64,000 nt of DNA, taken from contig DUVI01000002.1 in NCBI GenBank assembly GCA_012841065.1, positions 10,072-74,071 on the forward strand, given 5' to 3'. Position numbers and translations under genes: made by a program. The stretch comes from Bacillota bacterium. Its GTDB lineage: Bacteria; Bacillota; Sulfobacillia; Fermentithermobacillales; Fermentithermobacillaceae. The notes beneath the pieces are model-generated. The model searched no databases, had not been told where the DNA came from, and saw only the letters and a list, made by a program, of their open reading frames with translations. Below, in pieces: positions 44,668 to 52,843 of the stretch. Positions within the stretch are counted from its first letter, which is position 1. The number at the start of each line of letters is the position of its first letter.

Positions 44668-45480
44668 TTGAGGCGGCTGTTTCCGTATAAGAAGTTGATA
44701 GCCCTTGTACTTCTTGTGGCCGCCTCAGTGTTATTGATGAATATCACTGGGAGCTCCCAGGACAACCCCTCGCTCTGGGAGAGGCTGCTTTGGAAAGGGA
44801 TGCAACCGTTTCTCGGAGGCTTCTTGGCCGTCAAGGATAAGTTCAGCGAGTACAGCGCCTTGTTTCAGCAAAAGGAAGCCCTAATGGAAGAAAACAAAGA
44901 ACTTAAGAGCAGATTAGATTCGCTTGAGTCGCTCCTGACCCGGTTAAGAGAGATTGAGAACGAAAACCAGCGGCTCAAGGAGCTGCTTGGATTCAGGGAA
45001 CAGCTTGAACAGGAGTACAAGGCAGCTGACGTAATAGGGCGGAGCCCGAGTAAATGGTTTTCAACGATAACCATTTCCCTTGGGAGCGAAGACGGCGTAA
45101 CGGTAGACGCTCCTGTGATTTCCAGAAGGGGGCTTGTCGGCAGGGTTATCAAGGTTGAAGCACGCAGTGCCCAGGTATTGCTGCTGACTGATCCTGAAAG
45201 CGGAGTGGGCTCACTCATATCAAGGTCCAGGGACTACGGAGCGGTAGTCGGAGGGAACGGGTCGGATGCTTTGGTAATGCGGTTTTTCTCGAGGGATGCT
45301 GATGTCCGCGTGGGGGACGAAGTGCTCACTTCAGGTGTTGGCAGTGTGTATCCGGCAGGTTTGGTTGTGGGAGAAGTTGCCGAAGTTTATGTACCCCAAC
45401 CTGGGCTGGTAAAGGAATGTTACGTAAGGCCGGCGGTGGATTTTGCACATCTGGAAGAAGTTCTAGTGATGATAAAATGA
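44668..45480 (+). CDS. mreC: Rod shape-determining protein MreC
   Basis: TM helix, coiled coil (ENKELKSRLDSL...ENQRLKELL), and beta domains (VISRRGLVGRVIKVEARSAQVLLLTD). Positioned after mreB. Confidence 0.9.
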   Translation: MRRLFPYKKLIALVLLVAASVLLMNITGSSQDNPSLWERLLWKGMQPFLGGFLAVKDKFSEYSALFQQKEALMEENKELKSRLDSLESLLTRLREIENENQRLKELLGFREQLEQEYKAADVIGRSPSKWFSTITISLGSEDGVTVDAPVISRRGLVGRVIKVEARSAQVLLLTDPESGVGSLISRSRDYGAVVGGNGSDALVMRFFSRDADVRVGDEVLTSGVGSVYPAGLVVGEVAEVYVPQPGLVKECYVRPAVDFAHLEEVLVMIK

Positions 45481-46025
45481 ACGGGAAAAGACTGAGCTTC
45501 TTCATTACATATGCATTGCTCGCGCCCCTGATGCTGCTCGTGCAATATGTCTACCTGGGAAGTGCACAAGGATTGGATTTAGGTATTGTGCTGGCATGTT
45601 CTGCCGGGTGGCTGGGCCCTGTGCCGGCAAGCTGGGTAGTTGGATTTGGCATAGGGCTTATTCAAGATGTATTTGTCGGCAGGACCCTAGGCTTTGCTGC
45701 TTTGTCGTTATCCGTGGTTTCTATGATGATGTCATGGGTCCGGGGATTCTTGAATCCCAGAATGCCCTTTGCCGCCAGCATTGCAGCCATGGTGTCAACA
45801 GGGGTTGGAGACTGCGTGTCCTGTGCAGTTTTGCGCTTGGTCAATACTCCTCTTACATGGGAGTTTTTCATAAGAGACATATTGCCTTACAGTCTGATAT
45901 GGGCTTTTGCCTTGATAATACCCGTCAACCTTATGGTGAACGCTCTATCAGGGATTTTGGCTATGGTATGGCCGGACAGCAAGGGAGAAGGGGTCGGTAT
46001 AACCAGCAATGAATCGCGGCTATAG
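45477..46025 (+). CDS. mreD: Rod shape-determining protein MreD
   Basis: A polytopic hydrophobic protein after mreC. The ATG at 45477 overlaps the mreC stop (ATGA). Confidence 0.8.
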   Translation: MNGKRLSFFITYALLAPLMLLVQYVYLGSAQGLDLGIVLACSAGWLGPVPASWVVGFGIGLIQDVFVGRTLGFAALSLSVVSMMMSWVRGFLNPRMPFAASIAAMVSTGVGDCVSCAVLRLVNTPLTWEFFIRDILPYSLIWAFALIIPVNLMVNALSGILAMVWPDSKGEGVGITSNESRL

Positions 46026-47865
46026 GAATAGGGATAATAGTTCGGGCAATTTGCCTGCCCGCGAACTCAAGCGAATAAGGGATTATGTACTGGTCCTGGT
46101 GATCACTTGCTTTGCCATCCTTACGGCCCAGCTGTTTAACCTCCAGATTATCCAAGGAGAGAAATACCGGTCTCTTTCAGAAGACAACTATATGAGAATC
46201 ACCCCCATCCCTGCCCCGAGAGGGGAGATACTTGACAGGAACGGGAACGTGCTGGTCACATCGAGGCCTGCATTTACCGTGTTTTACTGGTACCTCGACG
46301 AAAGCGAAGCTACAACCACCTTGCCGAGGTTGGCAGATATTCTTGGGATGGAACTTGGCGAAATTGAGGAGAAGGTCAAAAGATACGAAGGCAGGTATTT
46401 TGAACCTGTACCCATTGCAAGGGACATTACGCCTGAGATCTATACCAAGATCGCGGAAGATTCCCCCAATCTCCCTGGCGTGTTTATAGATCCCCAGCCT
46501 ATCCGGTACTACCCCCAGAATGATCTCCTCAGCACGACCCTTGGGTATGTAGGTGAGATTACGCAATCGCAACTGGATGATCCTCAGTGGAAGGATTACA
46601 AAATGGGTAGCATAGTGGGCCAGCAAGGGCTGGAACTGTATTATGAGAGCATTCTAAGGGGTAAGAACGGAGGATACCAGGTTGAGGTGGATTACAGGGG
46701 AAGGCCTACCGGCAATGTGGGCCCGGGTATTGAACCTGAACCAGGCAAGACAATCCAGCTGGAAATTGACCTTGACCTCCAGACAGCTGTGGAGAATGCG
46801 CTAAAAAGCGCCCTGGAGGAAAATCCGGCAGCCAATGGGGCTTCTGCCGTGGTGTTGGATGTGAATACCGGCGGGGTTTTGGCCATTGCTTCGATGCCGG
46901 GATTTGATCCTAACGTGTTGATCTCCGGAATAAGCTACACAGACTTGAACCAGAAAATCACTTCAGGCGAATGGCGGTTTGCCAACTTAGCTACTACGGG
47001 GTTGTACCCTCCGGGTTCGGCTTTCAAAATAGTCACGGCAGTTGCTGCCCTGGCAGAGGGCAAGACTGATCCTACGGACGAGGTTTTCGATCCTGGCTAC
47101 CATCCTTCTGCTCCCACTCTGGTTTGTCACAAGCGGGCTGGTCACGGGTACGTTAATATAGAAGAGGCGTTGGAGGTATCGTGCAATACGTATTTCTACG
47201 AGATGGGCAGGCGGCTTGGTGTGGATACCCTTGCCGAATACTGCCGCGCCTTGGGTTTAGGCATGAAAACCGGAGTAGATCTTGGCGGTGAGAACTACGG
47301 TACAGTTCCAAGTACCGAGTGGAAGGCAAAAGCTTATGGCGAAGGCAGGGTAGCCCAGCCTGAGTTCTTGTTTTCGGAGCACATGATGGTTGCCATGGGC
47401 CAAACGTTCCATCTGTATACACCTATCCAGATGGCTTCGGTAACCCAGGCCATTGCCAACTACGGAGTGAGGATGCGGCCAAGGCTTGTATCTAAGATCT
47501 TGGACTCTGAGCACGATTTGGTTGAAGAAATCTTGCCGGAAGTGGCCGGAGAGCTTCAGGTAGACCCCAGCGTGTTTGATATTGTAAAAGATGGGATGCT
47601 CAGAGTGACAAATGAGCCGGGGGGAACCGCATATTGGACTTTCCATGATTGTCCGATAAAGGTATGTGGAAAAACCGGAACCGCCCAAAACCCGCTTGGG
47701 GATGACCATTCGTGGTTTGTAGGATTTGGGCCGTACGAAGACCCGGAAATCGCTTTAGCTGTGGTTGTGGATCAAGGCGGCTCCGGTTCATCTGTGGCGG
47801 CTCCTGTAGCGAGACAGATATTCGATGCGTTCCTGGCGATTTCACAGCCCCAAGAGGCAGAGTAG
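46009..47865 (+). CDS. mrdA: Penicillin-binding protein 2 (elongasome transpeptidase)
   Basis: TM anchor, PBP dimerisation domain, SxxK PPGSAFKIVTA, SxN SCNTYF, and KTG CGKTGTA. Confidence 0.92.
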   Translation: MNRGYRNRDNSSGNLPARELKRIRDYVLVLVITCFAILTAQLFNLQIIQGEKYRSLSEDNYMRITPIPAPRGEILDRNGNVLVTSRPAFTVFYWYLDESEATTTLPRLADILGMELGEIEEKVKRYEGRYFEPVPIARDITPEIYTKIAEDSPNLPGVFIDPQPIRYYPQNDLLSTTLGYVGEITQSQLDDPQWKDYKMGSIVGQQGLELYYESILRGKNGGYQVEVDYRGRPTGNVGPGIEPEPGKTIQLEIDLDLQTAVENALKSALEENPAANGASAVVLDVNTGGVLAIASMPGFDPNVLISGISYTDLNQKITSGEWRFANLATTGLYPPGSAFKIVTAVAALAEGKTDPTDEVFDPGYHPSAPTLVCHKRAGHGYVNIEEALEVSCNTYFYEMGRRLGVDTLAEYCRALGLGMKTGVDLGGENYGTVPSTEWKAKAYGEGRVAQPEFLFSEHMMVAMGQTFHLYTPIQMASVTQAIANYGVRMRPRLVSKILDSEHDLVEEILPEVAGELQVDPSVFDIVKDGMLRVTNEPGGTAYWTFHDCPIKVCGKTGTAQNPLGDDHSWFVGFGPYEDPEIALAVVVDQGGSGSSVAAPVARQIFDAFLAISQPQEAE

Positions 47866-47900
47866 GAAGACTGGATTAACCATGGGGAGGAACACTGGAG

Positions 47901-48623
47901 ATGGCTCGGAAACAAGATGTGATTTTCATAGGCAGCAAGGACGGCCTCCAACTTATATTCAATGACAATCAAGATTACGAGATATTAAAGGGGAAGCTGA
48001 AGGCTCATTTGCAGAGGGCCGAGATGTTCTTCCAAGGCGCTGATGTAGTGCTGGATATCGGAAACCTGGAGTTTTCCATCGAACAGATCCTGGAGATCCA
48101 GAACATACTTGCCTTTCCCCATGGGCTGCGACTTAGGAAGGTCATACACGGCGGAAGTGAGCCTCGGCCGGTTGCAAAAACTGTCAAGAGGCAAAGGGCA
48201 TTGGAACCGGAAAAGCGAAACATAGATTACAAGCAGCAAATTGTCGAAAATTGGGGACAAGCGCCGATGACGCCGGACACTTTTCTGTATAAGGGGACGT
48301 TGAGATCCGGACAACGTATCACACATGACGGTAATGTGGTGGTTGTAGGGGATGTCAACCCTGGCGCTGAGGTAAGAGCTACAGGTGACATAATCGTAAT
48401 GGGTACTCTCAGGGGGCTTGCCCACGCCGGTGCAGGAGGTGCTACCGACGTGGTGATCGTCGCCTTCAAGCTGGAGCCTACACAGATTAGGATCGGGGAT
48501 GTAATAGGGCGGCCTCCCGAGGGCGAGTTCGGTACTCCAAGGGAACCTGAAGTGGCGAGGTTGAAAGACGGCGTGATTCTGGTGGAACCATTAGATGGAA
48601 GCCGATGGGAGGGAGAACGGTGA
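47901..48623 (+). CDS. minC: Septum site-determining protein MinC
   Basis: C-terminal beta-helix GTLRSGQRITHDGNVVVVGDVNPGAEVRATGDIIVMGTLRGLAHAG. Positioned upstream of minD. Confidence 0.9.
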   Translation: MARKQDVIFIGSKDGLQLIFNDNQDYEILKGKLKAHLQRAEMFFQGADVVLDIGNLEFSIEQILEIQNILAFPHGLRLRKVIHGGSEPRPVAKTVKRQRALEPEKRNIDYKQQIVENWGQAPMTPDTFLYKGTLRSGQRITHDGNVVVVGDVNPGAEVRATGDIIVMGTLRGLAHAGAGGATDVVIVAFKLEPTQIRIGDVIGRPPEGEFGTPREPEVARLKDGVILVEPLDGSRWEGER

Positions 48624-49417
48624 GTGAAGCAATAGTTATAACATCTGGAAAAGGTGGTGTCGGGAAGACTACTGCTTGTGCCAATCTGGGAGTAGCTCTT
48701 GCATCTTTGGGGCACAGAGTAGTGCTTGTGGATGCAGATATCGGGCTCAGGAATTTGGATGTCGTTATGGGCCTTGAGAACCGTATAGTGTACGATCTTG
48801 TTGACGTAGTCGAAGGGTTTTGCAGGCTCAGGCAGGCCCTCATCAAAGACAAGCGGCTCGACGGGTTATTCTTGTTGCCGGCAGCCCAGACCAAGGACAA
48901 GACCTCGATAACTCCCGACCAGATGAAGCAACTGGTCGACCAGTTAAAGGAAGAACATGATTACATATTGGTTGATTGCCCGGCGGGTATTGAGCAAGGA
49001 TTCAAGAATGCGATTGCCGGGGCCGACAGAGCTGTGATAGTCACAACTCCTGAAGTAGCAGCCGTACGCGATGCCGACAGGATAATCGGGTTGCTTGAGT
49101 CGTCAGGGTTTGATAATCCAGGGTTGATAGTCAACAGGCTAAGGCCTAAAATGGTGGCTAAAGGCGATATGATGGATATACCGGACATCATAGACATCCT
49201 GGCCGTTACCCTTATCGGGGTTGTCCCTGATGATGAGTACATAGTTGTTTCCACAAACCGCGGGGAGCCGGCAGCTTTGACGGCTAACAAATCAAAGGCG
49301 GGACAAGCTTTTATGAATATAGCCCGCCGCCTCTTGGAAGAGGAAGTACCTTTCCTGGACCTTAACGAACACGAAACATTTTGGGAAAGACTGCTCAGGT
49401 TAATCAAGACCGGGTAA
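48620..49417 (+). CDS. minD: Septum site-determining ATPase MinD
   Basis: Deviant Walker A ITSGKGGVGKTT...LVDADIGLRNLD, and a C-terminal amphipathic helix FWERLLRLIK. The GTG overlaps the minC stop. Confidence 0.95.
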   Translation: MSEAIVITSGKGGVGKTTACANLGVALASLGHRVVLVDADIGLRNLDVVMGLENRIVYDLVDVVEGFCRLRQALIKDKRLDGLFLLPAAQTKDKTSITPDQMKQLVDQLKEEHDYILVDCPAGIEQGFKNAIAGADRAVIVTTPEVAAVRDADRIIGLLESSGFDNPGLIVNRLRPKMVAKGDMMDIPDIIDILAVTLIGVVPDDEYIVVSTNRGEPAALTANKSKAGQAFMNIARRLLEEEVPFLDLNEHETFWERLLRLIKTG

Positions 49418-49429
49418 GGGGGTATAGGC

Positions 49430-49690
49430 TTGTTTGGATGGTTTAGCAGGAAACAACAGTCTAAAGACGTGGCCAGAGACAGGCTAAAGCTTGTGCTGAT
49501 GCAAGACAGGATGGCCCTTGCCCCCCATACAATGGAACAGATGAAAGATGCCGTGATAATGGCGATTTCCAGGTTCGTAGAGATAGATGAAAACGGGCTT
49601 GAATTTGAGTGGAAAGGCAATGAAAGAAGCAAAGCTTTGGTTGCCAACATCCCTGTGAGATCCGTAAGGAGGGGCAAGACCAACGATTGA
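49430..49690 (+). CDS. minE: Cell division topological specificity factor MinE
   Basis: FGWFSRKQQSKDVARDRLKLVLMQDR is the typical MinE N-terminus. Positioned after minD. Confidence 0.9.
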   Translation: MFGWFSRKQQSKDVARDRLKLVLMQDRMALAPHTMEQMKDAVIMAISRFVEIDENGLEFEWKGNERSKALVANIPVRSVRRGKTND

Positions 49691-50825
49691 ACTGCCCAGC
49701 ATCAGGATTGAAACCAGAGCAGTACGGCGTATAGACTTCTGGCTCTTAGGCGCGGTACTGTTCCTTGAGATCTTGTCCCTTCCGCTTATAGACAGCGCCA
49801 CCCATTCGGCTGGCGGACACTATTACTTGAAGAGACAACTCCTGTTGATAGCAGTGTCTTTGGTAATGATGGGTCTGGCTGCTTTCATTGACTATCGTGA
49901 CCTGGTATGGCTGTCCCCATTGATATTGGGCCTGAACGTGCTGCTATTGGTGGCCGTGCTCTTCATGGGTAGAACTGCAGGTGGCTCTACGCGCTGGATC
50001 TCATTGGGGTTTTTCGATCTGCAGCCTTCAGAGTTGTTTAAGCTTACAGCCATATTGTTTGGAACCAGGGTATTGTGCTCCCTGGACAGGCCACTTGATT
50101 CCATTGGTCCGATAATCGCCTTTTACTCCTGGTCGGCAATCCCCGCGTTCCTGATCCTGAAACAACCTGACCTCGGCACCACCTTGGTGATAGTTGCTAT
50201 TGTCACAGGCATGTTGTATTTTTCGGGAACTCCGGGCAAAGCTATCTTCACAATGGCTTTGGCAGGCATGATCATAGTGGGGATCTTGTTGTGGCTTTAT
50301 CTTTACGTAGGTGTGCCCTTGCCCATAGAAGAACACTGGATCGACCGGCTCGTGACCGGGTTTAACCCGGAAAAGGATCCGTTAGGCAAGGGCTACCAGG
50401 TGCTTCAATCCAAGATAGCTATAGGCTCAGGTTCGGTTTGGGGTAAAGGCTTGGGGAAAGGGACTCAGAACCGGCTGGATTTCATACCCCATCAGGAAAC
50501 AGACTTCATCTTTTCAGTTGTAGGTGAAGAACTAGGATTTGTGCGTACGACTGTAGTGCTGGGCATGTATGTGCTCATCCTGGTCCGGTGTCTGATAGCG
50601 GCCGTTAACTCTGCCGACAAAGAGGGAACGTTGATTGCCGGCGGGGTGCTTAGCATGCTCTTGTTCCAAAGCCTGGTGAATATCGGGATGACGATGGGGA
50701 TTATGCCGGTTACAGGTATCCCTCTTCCGTTCTTGAGCTACGGTGGCACCGCATCGGTGGTAAACGCGTTTGCAATCGGGCTTGTACTCAATGTAAGCTG
50801 GAAACGGCACAAGATCTTGTTCTGA
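49686..50825 (+). CDS. rodA: SEDS-family peptidoglycan polymerase RodA, apparent non-canonical start
   Basis: FtsW/RodA motifs (KQPDLGT...HQETDFIFSVVGEELGF...PLPFLSYGGTA). The first TM helix (RRIDFWLLGAVLFLEILSL) is encoded upstream of the first canonical start (TTG 49773). ATT 49686 and CTG 49692 follow AAGGAGGGG. Confidence 0.8.
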   Translation: MELPSIRIETRAVRRIDFWLLGAVLFLEILSLPLIDSATHSAGGHYYLKRQLLLIAVSLVMMGLAAFIDYRDLVWLSPLILGLNVLLLVAVLFMGRTAGGSTRWISLGFFDLQPSELFKLTAILFGTRVLCSLDRPLDSIGPIIAFYSWSAIPAFLILKQPDLGTTLVIVAIVTGMLYFSGTPGKAIFTMALAGMIIVGILLWLYLYVGVPLPIEEHWIDRLVTGFNPEKDPLGKGYQVLQSKIAIGSGSVWGKGLGKGTQNRLDFIPHQETDFIFSVVGEELGFVRTTVVLGMYVLILVRCLIAAVNSADKEGTLIAGGVLSMLLFQSLVNIGMTMGIMPVTGIPLPFLSYGGTASVVNAFAIGLVLNVSWKRHKILF

Positions 50826-51268
50826 TGGATTCTGGAGGAACCCAGTTGCAGGAGATAGGAATCGTAATCTCGATCAATGACCGGTCAGTGACAGTAGAGG
50901 TGAAAAGGAAAGACGCGTGCAGCACTTGCGGGCGTTGCGGCGGGCATTTGTCCCTTGGCGGTGATTCCATGATTGTGGAAGCCGTAAAGACGGGAAATCC
51001 GAAGCCGGGCGACCTGGTTAAATTGGAACTTCCGGACGACGATTACTTGAGGCTTTCGTTCCTGGTGTACATGTTACCTCTGCTGTGTTTAGGCTTGGGC
51101 TATGCAGGAGGTTGGTTTTTGGGCAAGGTTCTGGGCAACCCTTCTGTATGGGGGGCCGTGTTTGCCGTGGGCAGCATGGCAACTTGTTTCGCATGGCTCA
51201 GGAGCTATGATGCTTCTTCCAGGAAAGCCGGTAGGTATATGCCTGTGGCCAGGCCCTTAGACGATTGA
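50825..51268 (+). CDS. rseC: RseC/MucC-family (SoxR-reducing-system) membrane protein
   Basis: EIGIVISINDRSVTVEVKRKDACSTCGRCGG followed by two TM helices. The ATG overlaps the rodA stop (TGATG). Confidence 0.75.
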   Translation: MDSGGTQLQEIGIVISINDRSVTVEVKRKDACSTCGRCGGHLSLGGDSMIVEAVKTGNPKPGDLVKLELPDDDYLRLSFLVYMLPLLCLGLGYAGGWFLGKVLGNPSVWGAVFAVGSMATCFAWLRSYDASSRKAGRYMPVARPLDD

Positions 51269-52843
51269 CTCAGACTGCTCGACTGCAGTTCGGGGACCGC
51301 GTTTGACCTTGGGCATGTATCCTTCTTCTGAAAGCGCTGCAACCAGTGCTTGATACGATTCCCTTTCTACCACAATGTAACATGGGCCTACTTTTTTCTT
51401 AAGATAAGGCTTGATCCTGGGCGACAGCATGAGCTCGTCGGCAAGCTCCTTGGAATCGCACTTCAACAGAATCACGTCTTCGAATTCTATCCGGCCGTAT
51501 GAGGTTCCCCACTGGGCTATTGAATAACTCACGTTTTGGGGAAGCGGGATCCTGGAATGCTCCTGGAGAAACTGTCTGATTGTGTCCGGGGTATGGCCGT
51601 GCAGCATTGCCCGGTATACAGAGTCCTTTGAGAGCTTGTACACCAGCATTTGGTCGACTTTGGTTATGTTTGCAAAAGCGTCTATTGACCAGAGGACCCT
51701 CGGTTCAATAGTACATGGCACCAACGCCTCAAAGTTGGGTTGGACGTAAATGTCGGTGTCAAACCTTTCTTCGGGCCAGGGTGCCAGTCCGAAAAGGGCT
51801 TTGCCTGTTTCAGTCATCCTGATCATTGTGTCGTTTCGCGATTCGCAGACTTCAAACGCTCCAAGGTATTCCAACATATCTACCAGGTTCTTCTCTACCC
51901 TGAGGCTTAACCCGTGGGATGAATGAGTCGTTGACAAAGCGTGCATTTCTTCCAGCAACGCTGATATTGACAATACGGTATCCCGGGGGCACCTCTCGAT
52001 CAACCACAACAGCGTCTGGAGGTCCGAGTCTTGTTCGATAAATGTCTGCTTCCAATAGTTGTAAAGATCTTTCCGCCATTCAGAATACGGGGCTGCCAGC
52101 CAGTTCTCAGCTTCTGAGCCCAGCCAGAGGGTGTTGTTTCTTTGCTCGCACAAACTATTGGACTTTGCAAAAAACAGCAAAAAGGCAAGACGTGGCGGAT
52201 ACCTTACCGGGAAGAAGGATTCTTCAAGGCTCCTCTCGTCTTCTTCTATGATAACTACCAGATCATCCTGGAATTTCTTGAACAAGCTGCCGGATTGGGT
52301 AATCCGGACATCATGTTTTCTCACGTAAGACAAGAGCAGGCATATGTGCCTTAGAGGAGCTGCAAAATCGAACCGATAACGCGGAGAGAAACGCTCAGGG
52401 TCAATGCTCGTCCTTTGGAAAATCGCCGACAGGAAGAAGTCTGACAGCACTTTTCGCAAGTCATCCGGAACAAAGTATACTTGCCTATAACCGTCTCTCC
52501 TGGTAAACACAAGACCCCTGGTAATCAGGCCTTCTATTACCTTAAATCCGTTCCGGCGCCATTTGCGTGAGATCTGGTTAAGCTTCTGGTGGCACTGTTC
52601 CACGATTACGCCGTTTCCCCCGCCTGCAACGGTGATCATGCGCAATGCCAGGAGTTCCTCGTCGTTAAGCCCGTTCATGGCAACCAGGGCATTGGCAGGA
52701 ATCAGAAGATGGTTTGAGATAAGCTCAGCAAGCTCAGACGCGTGATCCGATTCAGGCACTTCGGGCAAGGTGATCCCATAGAAGTAAGCTATGGCATCGA
52801 GGCGCTCAACCGGAAGTGCAACCAGAGCTTCTCTCAAGTTCAT
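51257..52843 (-). CDS. XPB-associated accessory protein (helicase-associated, uncharacterised)
   Basis: 528 aa. Its ATG overlaps the XPB stop (ATGA), with AAGGAG 8 nt upstream. No catalytic motif recognised. It resembles the large partner genes found next to bacterial XPB/ERCC3 homologues (recalled, not verified). Confidence 0.6.
   Translation of the reverse strand: MNLREALVALPVERLDAIAYFYGITLPEVPESDHASELAELISNHLLIPANALVAMNGLNDEELLALRMITVAGGGNGVIVEQCHQKLNQISRKWRRNGFKVIEGLITRGLVFTRRDGYRQVYFVPDDLRKVLSDFFLSAIFQRTSIDPERFSPRYRFDFAAPLRHICLLLSYVRKHDVRITQSGSLFKKFQDDLVVIIEEDERSLEESFFPVRYPPRLAFLLFFAKSNSLCEQRNNTLWLGSEAENWLAAPYSEWRKDLYNYWKQTFIEQDSDLQTLLWLIERCPRDTVLSISALLEEMHALSTTHSSHGLSLRVEKNLVDMLEYLGAFEVCESRNDTMIRMTETGKALFGLAPWPEERFDTDIYVQPNFEALVPCTIEPRVLWSIDAFANITKVDQMLVYKLSKDSVYRAMLHGHTPDTIRQFLQEHSRIPLPQNVSYSIAQWGTSYGRIEFEDVILLKCDSKELADELMLSPRIKPYLKKKVGPCYIVVERESYQALVAALSEEGYMPKVKRGPRTAVEQSESIV

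Noticed and set aside
45596-46012. 138-aa alternative-frame plus-strand ORF within mreD.
   Set aside because: It overlaps the hydrophobic mreD frame, which fits the expected polytopic membrane protein. The alternative product is Arg/Cys/Gly-rich with no SD.
48961-49683. 240-aa minus-strand ORF opposite minD and minE. Likewise 48227-48715 and 48487-48900 opposite minC/minD.
   Set aside because: The plus-strand min genes are unambiguous. The antisense products are Ser/Thr/Pro-rich shadows.
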